Virus record (IMG/VR): IMGVR_UViG_3300008255_000470
Coordinates: 1-24,027 of that record
Origin: a virus
Lineage: Duplodnaviria > Caudoviricetes
Reading direction: 5' to 3' (one strand)
DNA: 24,027 nt
This document shows positions 1-10,087 of the stretch, one piece after another. The notes under the pieces are model-generated. The model did not search any database. It saw only the letters and a list, made by a program, of their open reading frames with translations, and was not told the DNA's origin. The position numbers were made by a program, and so were the translations under genes. Positions within the stretch are counted from its first letter, which is position 1; each line of letters begins with the position of its first letter.

Positions 1-702
1 GACCCCGTCCCAATCGACGGTGTAATTGTACCCGAAATGGGCTACCGATTCTGCCAAGGCAGCCAATAGTGCGTTATTGTCGGCGGTGTCGGTAAGGGTG
101 ATTGTTGATGCTGAGGCGGTTCCTGCGAAATTTACCACGCCGTCTACATCCAATTGTAGAGACCTAAGATCTGCTACCCACAATGGCCAATTTGACTTAC
201 TTACAGCTTTGACTCCGGAGAAGTTGGTCAGGCAAAAATGAGGCTTTGTTTTGCTTGGGGAGTACAACTTTGAAGACTGAATGTACTCTCCCATGTGAGA
301 GCTTTCGGGGACTGAGAAAACGTCCCAATCGTTTGAGGTAACAGGGTCCTCGTTTGTGTTGTCTGCATTCGCCTGGTAGATAAATCCGCTCTTTTGGACA
401 AATGAAACGCCGGAGAAATATTCGGTATCCGCATCCCATTCTGGGATTCCATTTTGGAATATGTACCGAAGTTGAGAAGTAATGAGGTAGTACAGACCAT
501 TTAGGTCCTGGATTCTTGGAGGTTGAGATCTGTTGGCTGTAAGTGGATAGAGCCCTTGGTTATACTGGGTGAGGGCCTGGATTGTCTCAAGGTCTTTTGT
601 GGTAGTTGGGGAACCGGCCGCAAGGCTTCCGATCTGACCTACTTCACCGGTAGGTGCGTCCCCTGCGAATACCTTCATTTCAACTCTGTTTATTTTTGCC
701 AT
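1..702 (-). CDS. Tail fibre protein, N-terminal part (runs off the left edge; not in ORF track)
   Basis: Hand translation from ATG at 702 (RBS AGGAG) is open for 234 codons to position 1: MAKINRVEMKVFAGDAPTGEVGQIGSLAAG...PPRIQDLNGLYYLITSQLRYIFQNGIPEWDADTEY... The GIPEW..TEY motif and the position after baseplate J/DUF2612 are typical of the baseplate-anchoring fibre N-terminus in this myovirus type. Confidence 0.85.
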   Translation of the reverse strand, partial: MAKINRVEMKVFAGDAPTGEVGQIGSLAAGSPTTTKDLETIQALTQYNQGLYPLTANRSQPPRIQDLNGLYYLITSQLRYIFQNGIPEWDADTEYFSGVSFVQKSGFIYQANADNTNEDPVTSNDWDVFSVPESSHMGEYIQSSKLYSPSKTKPHFCLTNFSGVKAVSKSNWPLWVADLRSLQLDVDGVVNFAGTASASTITLTDTADNNALLAALAESVAHFGYNYTVDWDGV

Positions 703-711
703 GAATATCTC

Positions 712-1440
712 CTAATAACTCGCCATCGATCCTACTACAGGATCGTCGATATAATCTGCATATCCTACCGCAAACTGCGGAGCCTTGTTTTCATAACTTC
801 CGTATGCAAAAATATGCTCAATGTCCGGTACGAAAGAAACCGATATCCCTACTGCCATAGGCCGAGGCAGTAGGTCCTGAGATTGAGCTATTAAAACAAG
901 CCTTTCGGCTGTTTCCGCAAAGATGTAACTTATCTGCATCGTCTGAAGGTCGGTAAAAATCACCTGGTCTGCAAATATTTCCGAAAGAATGGAGTCTATT
1001 TCGGAGGTAGAGAAATTACCGTTGTTCTGTACGATTTTCAATCTTTGGAAAAATCTATATTCCTCGTCGGTAAGTTCAAAAAGACTGGTTTTGTCATCCT
1101 CATAAGCCCTCATTTGTACATCGGGTGCCGGGTCGATGTAATCCGCATATCCGGAAATCCCAACCACCGGAGGACTGTCAGAATAAGCAACGTATCCAAA
1201 ATACTCTCGGTCAAAGGTAGTTCCAGTGATTACCCGTGAAACCCCAATGTATTTTCCTAAGATGTCCTGCATGTACCCTATGGCTTCGTCTACGGAAAAT
1301 GCGTTTCTCACCTGATTTATAAGGTCAGTAAATATGACCGACCTGAGAGTTTCCTCGACCGTACTCTTCGCCTTTGGTAGGCTTTTGTACTGGATAATGA
1401 GGAGGTTTGCATAGTAATCAATCAACTCTTGTTCGGTCAT
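712..1440 (-). CDS. Baseplate wedge protein, DUF2612-like
   Basis: 242 aa; YANLLIIQY...PKA, AIGYMQDILGKYIGVSR and LLPRPMAV motifs; lies between baseplate J and the fibre. Confidence 0.8.
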   Translation of the reverse strand: MTEQELIDYYANLLIIQYKSLPKAKSTVEETLRSVIFTDLINQVRNAFSVDEAIGYMQDILGKYIGVSRVITGTTFDREYFGYVAYSDSPPVVGISGYADYIDPAPDVQMRAYEDDKTSLFELTDEEYRFFQRLKIVQNNGNFSTSEIDSILSEIFADQVIFTDLQTMQISYIFAETAERLVLIAQSQDLLPRPMAVGISVSFVPDIEHIFAYGSYENKAPQFAVGYADYIDDPVVGSMASY

Positions 1441-2621
1441 GAAATAGTGATCCTCAAAACGTCCATGACAAACCTATTTTGCACTGAGGCAGGGGATACC
1501 ACCTCAAGCCAGGTAGAGTCATCGTCGGACACTTCCATACCTGTAATTTGATACTTGGAATTAAGGCCCTTTATAAATGCTATCAACGTATCCGATGTTG
1601 CATCCTGACCAACTTCCCAGATTACACCCTCTACTATTTGCCGTTTTACCTCGTCCTCATCGAAAACCCCACCAGGTAAAGCAAGATTAAATCGAACATA
1701 GAGGTCTTCGGAAACTGGCCTGTCAAATTTCACAATATACGGACGGCCGTCAATATAAGGTATGTCGACTTCTACGTCTCCTCGCATTCCTGCCCCGGAA
1801 GTTTTCCGTGATTTTATCACTGTCGCAATTTCTGTATTCGACCCTCCCTCGACAATTGCCCAAATGGTATGGGCAGGGGTGCCTTCTGAGTCCGTAGTTG
1901 TGCCGAAATTTTCTCTCACGATCGCCGTAGTAACCCCGGAAAGATCAGAAATGGCCGCTTGCAATCCGTCGATATTTCCTATCGATCCAATTGCCGTAGA
2001 TATTCTTCGGCGCTGTCTCAAGGTGGCGTCTGGCTCTTCGTTTTGCCCTTGAGTTATTGCCCCAGATGGATTATTAACCTCAGTAACCCCTGGTATAAAT
2101 GTTACGGCCGTAGTAATCGAGTTAGCCCCTACCTCAATTGATCCAATCTCTGAGGCCCTGAAAAGGTACGAGTAAGTCCCGGCCGAGGCTACCGATTGGG
2201 AATCCACAAGGAAAAACAGGTTCCCGGCTCCGTCTCTTAAAGTATAGAGGCCCGGTACATCCGGAGAGGCTTCGTTTGCCTGGGAGTCAAGGCCCACAAG
2301 ATTGAGTGCCCTGTTTGTGGTAACTGACACATTTACCGTGGTAAAACTTCCGCCTTTTCTCGTGATTCCGTTAATTACAACCCTTTGATCTAAAATCCTT
2401 CCTTCGGCCTGATCGGGGTCAAATGAGGCGAACGCCTGTAAAAGTAATTCCCGAACGTCTACGCTTGCCTGTGCATAGATATTGAGTATCTGTCCGTCTG
2501 GTGAGTTTTGATCTAGGTTTATGTCTGTGCCGTAAATTTCACGGTAGGCAGTTTCGAGCTCTGTTCTGATTTCGGTGAGGCTTTTTACTCGTAGTCCGTC
2601 ACGGTCTAAAATGTCGGGCAT
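1437..2621 (-). CDS. Baseplate J / Mu gp47-like protein
   Basis: 394 aa; SPDGQILNIYA, FDPDQAEGRILD, GQNEEPDATLRQR and PAHTIWAIVEGG motifs. Confidence 0.9.
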   Translation of the reverse strand: MPDILDRDGLRVKSLTEIRTELETAYREIYGTDINLDQNSPDGQILNIYAQASVDVRELLLQAFASFDPDQAEGRILDQRVVINGITRKGGSFTTVNVSVTTNRALNLVGLDSQANEASPDVPGLYTLRDGAGNLFFLVDSQSVASAGTYSYLFRASEIGSIEVGANSITTAVTFIPGVTEVNNPSGAITQGQNEEPDATLRQRRRISTAIGSIGNIDGLQAAISDLSGVTTAIVRENFGTTTDSEGTPAHTIWAIVEGGSNTEIATVIKSRKTSGAGMRGDVEVDIPYIDGRPYIVKFDRPVSEDLYVRFNLALPGGVFDEDEVKRQIVEGVIWEVGQDATSDTLIAFIKGLNSKYQITGMEVSDDDSTWLEVVSPASVQNRFVMDVLRITIS

Positions 2622-2965
2622 TAACTGACCTCCTGGAATACTCTACCATAAACCGTCTGAATTGTAACATTAGCCTTGTACTCTCGTAAATCCGCAACTG
2701 AGGATGATTCATACTTTTCTATTTTGATAACTCCCTGAGTCTGGAATATTACTCTACGGATATCTTCCTCTAAAAGAAATTGAGTCCCTCGGTCTAAAAG
2801 TGCGTTGTAATCAACCCCTTCGCCAAGAGCAAAAAAACAATCGTTTTTCCAGCTTTTAAGCCGTGTAGATAAATCAAGCTTTAGGGCATCCAAGTCCCTG
2901 GAGTAGTTACTTTTACCCCTTCCAAATGTCCAGTCCCCTTGGGGATCTATATTTCTAAAAATCAT
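2621..2965 (-). CDS. Baseplate wedge / sheath initiator (gp25-like)
   Basis: 114 aa; GDWTFGRG N-terminus, RLKSWKNDCFF...GVDY, TVYG C-terminus; between spike and baseplate J. Confidence 0.75.
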   Translation of the reverse strand: MIFRNIDPQGDWTFGRGKSNYSRDLDALKLDLSTRLKSWKNDCFFALGEGVDYNALLDRGTQFLLEEDIRRVIFQTQGVIKIEKYESSSVADLREYKANVTIQTVYGRVFQEVS

Positions 2966-2966
2966 C

Positions 2967-3602
2967 TTATCCCCCTGTCTTTACCGTCGTTGTCGCCGAC
3001 GATGCAATATTGATACTCATAGGTGTTACCGGAGGGGTACCTGCTGTCCCGTGGACGTGCAAGTTCAGGGCTGTGATAAATAACTGTAGCGCCTGGTCAA
3101 GCTCTCCGTGGGTAACAAGTGACTTTGAATCTCCGTTAAGCTTTACTTCTGTCCCCTCCACCTCTACCGGCAGCCCATTTCCCTTTAGCTTAACACGATC
3201 ACCGGATAAATCCAAAACGCTGGTAGATGGGTTCAGGCCAACAAGAGCAAACCCGTCCGATAGGCTATGTTTTCTCCCGGTCCTCGGGGGGGCAATGTTT
3301 TCGCTACTCCACCAGGTATCTATGTCACGATCGTTAAAAAGGACGAGGCAGTAATCTCCGGAAGATATCGGGAATTCTAGATAACTTCCTCCACCTTGAA
3401 GGATTATGACCGGGCAATCTACTAAGAGCGGATAGGTTATAACCTTTTTCCCTCTCTGGGCTCTCATGGCAATTTCGATGCTTGCTGTTTGGGTGTCTTT
3501 ATCGAAACTCGAGATCTTACCTATTTGAACACAATTAAGCGTGGAAAAGATCGTATCTCGTAGGCTTTCAAGGGCTTCGTCGAATCCCGGTTTTGCTTTC
3601 AC
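2967..3602 (-). CDS. Baseplate central spike (Gp138-like)
   Basis: 211 aa, GTG start; FPISSGDYCLVLFNDRDID and RKHSLSDG motifs; C-terminal HxH (LHVHG) metal-binding tip motif. Confidence 0.85.
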   Translation of the reverse strand: MKAKPGFDEALESLRDTIFSTLNCVQIGKISSFDKDTQTASIEIAMRAQRGKKVITYPLLVDCPVIILQGGGSYLEFPISSGDYCLVLFNDRDIDTWWSSENIAPPRTGRKHSLSDGFALVGLNPSTSVLDLSGDRVKLKGNGLPVEVEGTEVKLNGDSKSLVTHGELDQALQLFITALNLHVHGTAGTPPVTPMSINIASSATTTVKTGG

Positions 3603-4450
3603 GAAACACCCCTTAGTAATCCTGACCCAGCAAATAAAGTAAGTGAAGTTTCCGCTTTCCCTGAGTCCGAACCTAGATATTCAAAATCGTGAGTAAAGCC
3701 TACGACCTTATACTGGCCATTGTAGATTGACTCAAGACTTCGTATTTCTGCTAATTGACCTACAAATGCGTTAGACTGGAAAAGAACCCTCACGTCTATC
3801 TGGCTTTCCCTCCTGATGGGCGTAGCCAGAAGTTGGTCTGAATCAAGGAGTATTACCCCCTCTGTTGCAAGGTATTCATCATCCGTGAGAAAATTTATTC
3901 TTTCGTTGTCTATGAAATATTGACCCTCGGTCAATTCTTCCAGTACGTCGGCAGTTTTTCCGAACAATACCTGGCCCCTGTCTGCTGTACCGTTTCCAAG
4001 CTCCCCTATTGCGCCAAATACTACGTTGGGTAGGTCTGATACAACTGATTCTAAAACGTTAAGAGATTCGGTTCCGGCGTTTGCTGTTTGACTCGTGAAT
4101 CCATTTTGAACTCCAAATAGTCCATCCTGACATTGCATCTTAGTAACCCAGTCCGGGCCTTCTTTTGAGGAAAACGCCTCGTAGATATTTCCTTGAAAAA
4201 TAAGGTCCATTTTATCTTGATATCCTGCCCTTACTACAATCTGCCAATATTGAGCGAATTCAAAACGATCTTTGTAGATTTGTCTCCTCGTGGTTTCTTT
4301 TAGGTTGTAAATAGTAAAATCTGCCGAATTGGTAGAAGCAAGAGTATTTCTTGTTATCCTCATACGTACCGAAAAAGGTGGCTGGATTGTAAGAAGGTTT
4401 CCTTGCGGAGTAAGAATTTGTATCTCGTAATTTCTCCCAAATTTAGCCAT
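3599..4450 (-). CDS. Baseplate hub protein
   Basis: 283 aa; FGRNYEI, FTIYNL..TR, AGY...IFQGNI and GQYKV..FTH motifs; synteny upstream of the spike. Confidence 0.8.
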   Translation of the reverse strand: MAKFGRNYEIQILTPQGNLLTIQPPFSVRMRITRNTLASTNSADFTIYNLKETTRRQIYKDRFEFAQYWQIVVRAGYQDKMDLIFQGNIYEAFSSKEGPDWVTKMQCQDGLFGVQNGFTSQTANAGTESLNVLESVVSDLPNVVFGAIGELGNGTADRGQVLFGKTADVLEELTEGQYFIDNERINFLTDDEYLATEGVILLDSDQLLATPIRRESQIDVRVLFQSNAFVGQLAEIRSLESIYNGQYKVVGFTHDFEYLGSDSGKAETSLTLFAGSGLLRGVS

Positions 4451-4793
4451 TGTCCATAGTCCTCAAGAATTCGTTATATTCATCGACTTCTTGGCTTGTA
4501 AGCAGAAATAGCCTTGCTCTGCCTGCTGAAAAGTCATTGACTAATATCGGCTCTGATACTTCTTCCACTGTACACGCAATTCCGAAAGGACAGATAGATC
4601 GGTATTGATTTATAAGGTTGAAATCATTTCGGACTCTTACCCCTCTAAGGGCGTGGCCGTTGTATTCCAGGTCCATATACCACATTTGCACAAAGGGCTT
4701 GTAGTATAAAGAAACCTTAAGTTGCCCACCTGCTTCTATAGGAGTTCTGAAAACCTGGGTTCCTGTGGCTGTTATCCCGTTAAATCTTCTCAC
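4443..4793 (-). CDS. Baseplate plug-like small protein
   Basis: 116 aa, GTG start; conserved position between the Dit-like protein and the hub; WYMDL motif. Confidence 0.6.
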   Translation of the reverse strand: MRRFNGITATGTQVFRTPIEAGGQLKVSLYYKPFVQMWYMDLEYNGHALRGVRVRNDFNLINQYRSICPFGIACTVEEVSEPILVNDFSAGRARLFLLTSQEVDEYNEFLRTMDNG

Positions 4794-5599
4794 TGTGAGC
4801 CCCTAAAAAAAGTCTGGTACAAAAAAGAAGAGTCGTTAGATTCGCCACGGTTCACTCCCTGGTCTTGTTCTTCTCCTGACTGTATGTCGCTTCTTGGGGG
4901 GAATAGATTTTCATCAAACCTCACTATCCGCAATTCTGCAAACCTTACCTCTTTCAAAACTACCGTAAAATCTGACCAGAATTGAGTATCTTCTCCTTGC
5001 GATACCGAAATAGATTCAATCATCATCGAAGGATAATACGCCCACGGAACGGTGACTGCCAAGATGCTCCTACTTCTTCGTAGTGCGTCCAAGGTAGTAA
5101 ATGCTTCTTTCTGTCTTTTGAGAAAAACTGATTCTGCCCCTTCCAAAAAATCAAGAAAATTCTTTCCCCTTTGAATCGAGTTGTTGATATTCTGGATTGC
5201 TTGATCTGCTTTGGTAACGGCGTTTTGTAGAGTCCTCAACGCCTGTGGAGTATATGCCCCGGTAAACCCGGTAAGGGCCGTGAGTTTGTTTGATAGCTCA
5301 CCAGTGAGACCCTCAAGGCCTTCGGGAGCACCAATGAACAATTCACCGATAAATCCTGAGACGGTAATTTTTACCGGCTGGTCTACTGCGTGGTCGTTGA
5401 TGTAGGAACCGGATTCGGTGAAGTGATCGGTTATGTCTGTACGTAGCTCTATTGACTCCCTGGTGGGGATATCAAAAACGAAACCACCGATCCCCTTGGC
5501 GTCTCTTGGAGCAAGTATTGCCTGCGCTTTTGCATCGAGATAGGCTTTAGTGGTAGTTACCGACTCCCCTATTTGGGTAAAAATGGGTGAGAAACTCAT
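4790..5599 (-). CDS. Tail tube initiator / Dit-like baseplate protein
   Basis: 269 aa; ITDHFTESGSYINDHAVDQP..ITVSG and MMIESIS...FTVVLKEVR motifs; directly after the tape measure. Confidence 0.75.
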   Translation of the reverse strand: MSFSPIFTQIGESVTTTKAYLDAKAQAILAPRDAKGIGGFVFDIPTRESIELRTDITDHFTESGSYINDHAVDQPVKITVSGFIGELFIGAPEGLEGLTGELSNKLTALTGFTGAYTPQALRTLQNAVTKADQAIQNINNSIQRGKNFLDFLEGAESVFLKRQKEAFTTLDALRRSRSILAVTVPWAYYPSMMIESISVSQGEDTQFWSDFTVVLKEVRFAELRIVRFDENLFPPRSDIQSGEEQDQGVNRGESNDSSFLYQTFFRGSQ

Positions 5600-7065
5600 C
5601 TAAGTCTGTCCCCCCTGCTGTCTGGATATCGCTCTATTTCTCGTATAACCGCGGTCCCTGTGGCTTCCGGACTTGCTGATCCATCGATGTTTATATTGTA
5701 TTGATTTGTCGTAGTGCTGTTGTTTCCGCCTGATACAAGCCTTCCGAGGATCGAGTTGTCCCATATCTGCTTCCCTGCCTGACCTATGGCGTCGAAAATA
5801 CCCATTTCACCCGTGGCGATTTTCTGGACGGCGTTAATCATGGAATAAACCCCCCCCATACTTTCGGCTAAGCCCTCGACCGCTTTCTGCCACCCAGCCC
5901 CGGATACAAGATCCCCAAGCCCGGTCATTAAGTCTCTCACGTTGTCGATTACAATCCGGATAATCTCTCCCCATATCCCCCATTTTTCTAGTACTCGGTC
6001 CATTGCTTGGGTATCTCCGGTGAACACCGAAGAAATCAACGTCACAAGGTCGCCAATAAGAGATAAAATCGGGTCAAATACCGCTTTGAGTAGGGGGAAT
6101 TTCTCGAACAGTACCCCGAGCAGGGAATTTCTGCCTTCTGAGTAGGCTATAATATCGTCAATTAGGCCGATTAGAAGTACAATGCCTGCAATGGGGAGCA
6201 TGACAGCAGAATTTAAAGCGATAAACAAACCGATTAATCCCATGATAACAGGCTTCCACCCAATAGTGCCGGTTACAAGGTCGTTCATTTTTCTCACCAC
6301 TGTAGCCACTGCCTGGCCAAAGTTACTTAGGTGAATAAAAATAGACCTCATTACCGCCACAATATCGCCTTGGTTAAGGCGAATAAACTCAGTAAAGAGG
6401 TCCGTGATCCTTTCGAACTCAGGCGCAAGCCCTACGGTTATCATGCCTTTTAGGTAGTCGAAGGCGTTTCCAATTCTTTCGAAACCTGCCCTTGCGCCGT
6501 CTATGGTGTTGAGGGCCTGAGGGGAGAGAATAAAAGCACGTCCGGACATCTTATCGAATTCTTCGTTGGTGAGCTCGAACATTCTGAGCATGTCCGCACC
6601 GACCCCCATGGAAGAAAGCACGTTTCTCCTCATTGCCTCGGGAAGATCTCTTGTCTGCTCCCGTAGTTGGGTTAATATTTCAAATGGGTCTTGATTTGGG
6701 TCAATGCCTAATAGCTGGTATCCGGATATATCTCCACGGCCTAATTTTATCGCTTCACGATTCGATGCAATGGCCCGTACTGCTGAGGCGACTGATTGGC
6801 CGTTACTCCCGGCTTCCTTTGCTACTGCTGACCATCTTTGTAACTCTGTGGTACTGGCTCCCGTTTCTGCTTCGAATTGCTTCAGGCTGGCAGTCGAGGC
6901 CATCGACTCCCTGGTGATCTTCTGTAGACCGTACACAAACCCAGTAACCCCAACGGCAGCGACTTTTAGGGTATTTTGTACGTTGACTAATTGATCTCGA
7001 AAATCTTTCACTACCGGGGTATCTGCTTGTACGCCGATTCGGGCAAAAAGTTTCGCTATGTTCAT
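5596..7065 (-). CDS. Tape measure protein
   Basis: 489 aa, helical and Ala/Gly-rich with a central hydrophobic segment (WKPVIMGLIGLFIAL...LLIGLIDD); follows the tail chaperone genes; RBS GGAGG. Confidence 0.85.
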   Translation of the reverse strand: MNIAKLFARIGVQADTPVVKDFRDQLVNVQNTLKVAAVGVTGFVYGLQKITRESMASTASLKQFEAETGASTTELQRWSAVAKEAGSNGQSVASAVRAIASNREAIKLGRGDISGYQLLGIDPNQDPFEILTQLREQTRDLPEAMRRNVLSSMGVGADMLRMFELTNEEFDKMSGRAFILSPQALNTIDGARAGFERIGNAFDYLKGMITVGLAPEFERITDLFTEFIRLNQGDIVAVMRSIFIHLSNFGQAVATVVRKMNDLVTGTIGWKPVIMGLIGLFIALNSAVMLPIAGIVLLIGLIDDIIAYSEGRNSLLGVLFEKFPLLKAVFDPILSLIGDLVTLISSVFTGDTQAMDRVLEKWGIWGEIIRIVIDNVRDLMTGLGDLVSGAGWQKAVEGLAESMGGVYSMINAVQKIATGEMGIFDAIGQAGKQIWDNSILGRLVSGGNNSTTTNQYNINIDGSASPEATGTAVIREIERYPDSRGDRLR

Positions 7066-7319
7066 TTTTTACCCTCCGGTTTATTGAGCGAATAATACGC
7101 CATTTCGTAATCTGCCAAAAATTTTTCGTACTCAATCACGGCTAATACTTCCGATACTGGGGAGTCTCCAGCCTTCCCCGGGTCGCCTTGGTAGTATCCG
7201 GCCTTTGCTATCTTTATACAGATAGCAAGACCGGAGGGCCCTTCAAATTCTACTTTCGGGGCTTTTCTTTCATCATCGCCTTTACCTCCCCGAATAGTCC
7301 AGTAAGGCTTCCGAAAAAA
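7062..7319 (-). CDS. -1 frameshift extension of the tail assembly chaperone (gpGT-like)
   Basis: The -1 frame is open from the slippery heptamer T TTT TTC (7319-7313) to a TGA at 7064-7062 that overlaps the TMP ATG: FRKPYWTIRGGKGDDERKAPKVEFEGPSGLAICIKIAKAGYYQGDP...YEMAYYSLNKPEGKK*. Confidence 0.75.
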   Translation of the reverse strand, partial: FFRKPYWTIRGGKGDDERKAPKVEFEGPSGLAICIKIAKAGYYQGDPGKAGDSPVSEVLAVIEYEKFLADYEMAYYSLNKPEGKK

Positions 7320-7657
7320 GGCCCAAGATTGACCTTTAAGATTTCCATCATAATCGGGTAGTAGAGCTTTCGGTTCTCTACCCTTTCAAAAAATTCCGGG
7401 TCAATTCTCTGGTCGTCGTACACTGCTTTTGTAGCACATTTAAAAAGGCAAGACCGGACCCGTGAGGACCCGGCTGCTTCTAATGCCATTCGGAAGATAC
7501 CTCCGAAATCCATATCTTCGGTATCTTCAATTTCTTTGAAGTTAAGTTTCAACTCGGCCTTTTCTTTTTTCAATGACTCTATAATCGAGTCATGGAGCTC
7601 TAAAGCATCGTTGAATCCGGCCTCTGTTATCCGAAGTTCTTTTCCATCAATCTTCAT
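7250..7657 (-). CDS. Tail assembly chaperone (gpG-like)
   Basis: 135 aa between tube and TMP; ends ...NLGPFF, coinciding with the slippery site. Confidence 0.8.
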   Translation of the reverse strand: MKIDGKELRITEAGFNDALELHDSIIESLKKEKAELKLNFKEIEDTEDMDFGGIFRMALEAAGSSRVRSCLFKCATKAVYDDQRIDPEFFERVENRKLYYPIMMEILKVNLGPFFGSLTGLFGEVKAMMKEKPRK

Positions 7658-7667
7658 TCCTTACCCC

Positions 7668-8123
7668 TTAGCTAATATTCCGGCTACCGTTATAAAATCT
7701 TATCTGCCAAACCGCTACGGCTTGCTCGGTATCGCCTTCTACGTTTTCTTTCGTGTTGGGGATCTTTTGAGGAATCCCTGTCGAAAGTGCGTACACCAGG
7801 GAATTCACGTTCCCTTGTCCGTCTCCCGATCGCTTGGTGAATTCTCCGGTCATCGGTACGAATGAAGCCGGGTCGGAAATGAATGAGGCAAGCCGTGAGT
7901 TTAAAAACTTATCGTCCGCCGATCCAAGTACGAGCCTAAGGGTAGTGTCTACGTTCTTCCCTGTTGAGTTGTAGGCGATAATGGTATTCCCATTTTTACC
8001 GGTTTTCCCTGCCATTATGTCGTTAGGGAAATCCAGGGTAGCGGTATCCGCATCCGCGAAGTCTGAGAAAATCCTGCCATCAAGGACTACAATGTCCTTA
8101 CCTGTTATGCTAACACTTGCCAT
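7668..8123 (-). CDS. Tail tube protein
   Basis: 151 aa, beta-rich, immediately after the sheath. Confidence 0.8.
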   Translation of the reverse strand: MASVSITGKDIVVLDGRIFSDFADADTATLDFPNDIMAGKTGKNGNTIIAYNSTGKNVDTTLRLVLGSADDKFLNSRLASFISDPASFVPMTGEFTKRSGDGQGNVNSLVYALSTGIPQKIPNTKENVEGDTEQAVAVWQIRFYNGSRNIS

Positions 8124-8127
8124 TTTC

Positions 8128-9603
8128 TTACGCCTCCACGAATACGACTACGTCGATTGAATGAAATGCCCCGGCATCTTTGGCCGCTATCTGAACCAGG
8201 GGAGCGATTCTTGCTTCCCTTTCTATTTGTGACTGCTGAGCGATGGGGATCGAAAATACAAAGTACCCCGAGTCCGCAATATTTCTTATGTGATCCTCTG
8301 GGGGGCCGAAGGTAACAGGGGAATTCCACTTCCCCGGGGCGAATACCCCTGCGGTTACAAACTGCTCACAAACTTGCCGGTATGCACCTTTTAAAGCTGA
8401 TAATCCAGCCTCGGTTTGAGGCACCTTAGTTGGTACGGTCGCAAGGAAGTTGAATCCAGCAATCTGTAACCGAAGCTTGAAGGCGAGCCGGGAATACACC
8501 TGATCGAAAAATTGATTTGCTCCGCTGGTAAGAAGTTTAGGGATTCCGAAGTTTCCGTATACATCCACCCCCACCGCTTTTGCCTGGTCAAGTACCGACT
8601 GAGTTACCCCAGGATCGGCAACAAGGCCTATAATTTCTTTAAGGTGCATTGTGGTGGCCGTGTTGGTGCCGTTGTAATTTACGCTTAACCCCCGAGATGC
8701 ATAACCGGCAGCAAAGTCTACTGCGTCGGGAGTACCGGATGTATACAAAAGACACCGAGTATTTACATATCCTGCGTCCCTTACGGTAGTAAATACTCCA
8801 CCGATCTTTCCGGTATCTGTCTGGGGAACGAACTGCATTTTGTCCAAAGCCTGTACAAGTTTTGCTGTTGCGCTTATTTGTGCGTCGGTGAGTAGGTCGT
8901 TGTACACGATCCCGAAATAATCAACGGCACCTGCCGTTCGAAGTATGCAATCGGAAGGAGATTCGAGTCCGGCAGCTGTACCGCCTGCTGATCCTGACAG
9001 GTTAAGTAGTGGGGCTATGTTGGTTCCACTCGCCACACTTGCCCCGATCACGAGGGCAGAAGTTGCCCCTGTAAGGTCGCTTTCTATAGTAACCACTGCC
9101 GAGGATAATTCCCCACTTAGTCGAAATGTTACCCCGGCCGTCGAAACTTCTGTAGAATTCAACGAGGCCTCGGCTGTCGCAAGGCTTGTAAGGTCTAATT
9201 CGCCTATGGTGAAATCTGCGGCCGCCCCCCCGTCTATCGCCAGGTTTATTTCGTAGTCATCTTCGGTAAGAGCTAAAAGATTAACAGGGGAAGAAGAAAG
9301 GATTGTGGCCTTGCTTGCTGAGGCGGATTGTAGCCGGGGGATAATTTGAAGAAATCCTCCCCCAGTTATGATGTTTGGACTTTGGGAAAACGCTACCTGA
9401 GCCATGCGGAAAACATCTGATCCAGAACCAAAATCTTGAGCAACGCCGGAAGGATCAAGGTACGCCCTTGAAGTTCCGTAATTGGCTGGAATCGGTTCTT
9501 CATCCGTGATGATCGCAAGGGCTGAGGTATTCGCATTTGCAAGCCCTCGAAGGGCCTGGAGTAGCGAAACTCTCACCACATTTGACAATGATAATTTACT
9601 CAT
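8128..9603 (-). CDS. Tail sheath protein (DUF3383-like)
   Basis: 491 aa; LSNVVRVS N-terminus, TMHLK...G, TKVPQTEAG and AGAFHSIDVVV C-terminus. Confidence 0.9.
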   Translation of the reverse strand: MSKLSLSNVVRVSLLQALRGLANANTSALAIITDEEPIPANYGTSRAYLDPSGVAQDFGSGSDVFRMAQVAFSQSPNIITGGGFLQIIPRLQSASASKATILSSSPVNLLALTEDDYEINLAIDGGAAADFTIGELDLTSLATAEASLNSTEVSTAGVTFRLSGELSSAVVTIESDLTGATSALVIGASVASGTNIAPLLNLSGSAGGTAAGLESPSDCILRTAGAVDYFGIVYNDLLTDAQISATAKLVQALDKMQFVPQTDTGKIGGVFTTVRDAGYVNTRCLLYTSGTPDAVDFAAGYASRGLSVNYNGTNTATTMHLKEIIGLVADPGVTQSVLDQAKAVGVDVYGNFGIPKLLTSGANQFFDQVYSRLAFKLRLQIAGFNFLATVPTKVPQTEAGLSALKGAYRQVCEQFVTAGVFAPGKWNSPVTFGPPEDHIRNIADSGYFVFSIPIAQQSQIEREARIAPLVQIAAKDAGAFHSIDVVVFVEA

Positions 9604-10087
9604 CGATCTTTACCTCCGAGGTTTGCAATTTTGTTTCGTCGTAGAATAATTCTGTACTTACCGACTTCTGTTTCATGTGCTTAACTATAACACCAATTCG
9701 GTAACGGTGCATAGCTTGAGCCCCTTCGACCCTAGATAAATCCATTATGGAACCTTGACGGTCAATTCTCATGGAGTGCTCGTCGCAAAGTTGTTGCGCA
9801 AATACCGAGGATATCGCCATGAGTATTTCTTCTTTTCTTTCAACAACCGAGTAATCTTTTCCAAATATCTCACAATCTACCGGGGTAGATAAGACTACCG
9901 ATGATACCTCCTGGGCTTGGTCATTAATTGTCGACTTTGAGCCGATTACCTGGGAAGTATCTTCTTTAACCACGACGTTGATACCTGAAAGTTTGGGTTT
10001 TATGCCCTGGACCCCCTGGAATACCCTGTCCTGAGAGAGTCCTAAATAGCTGGTAAGGATGGTAATGATTAATTCTGCCGGTTGCAT
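9596..10087 (-). CDS. Tail terminator / neck terminator protein (start revised to MQPAELII, 163 aa)
   Basis: ATG at 10087 overlaps the upstream stop (TAATG coupling); position directly before the sheath. Confidence 0.65.
   Translation of the reverse strand: MQPAELIITILTSYLGLSQDRVFQGVQGIKPKLSGINVVVKEDTSQVIGSKSTINDQAQEVSSVVLSTPVDCEIFGKDYSVVERKEEILMAISSVFAQQLCDEHSMRIDRQGSIMDLSRVEGAQAMHRYRIGVIVKHMKQKSVSTELFYDETKLQTSEVKIDE

Noticed and set aside
7039-7065. TMP N-terminus MNIAKLFAR as another copy of the KLFR-like tag
   Set aside because: It resembles ordinary tape-measure N-termini, has no following Asn site, and is not a head protein.
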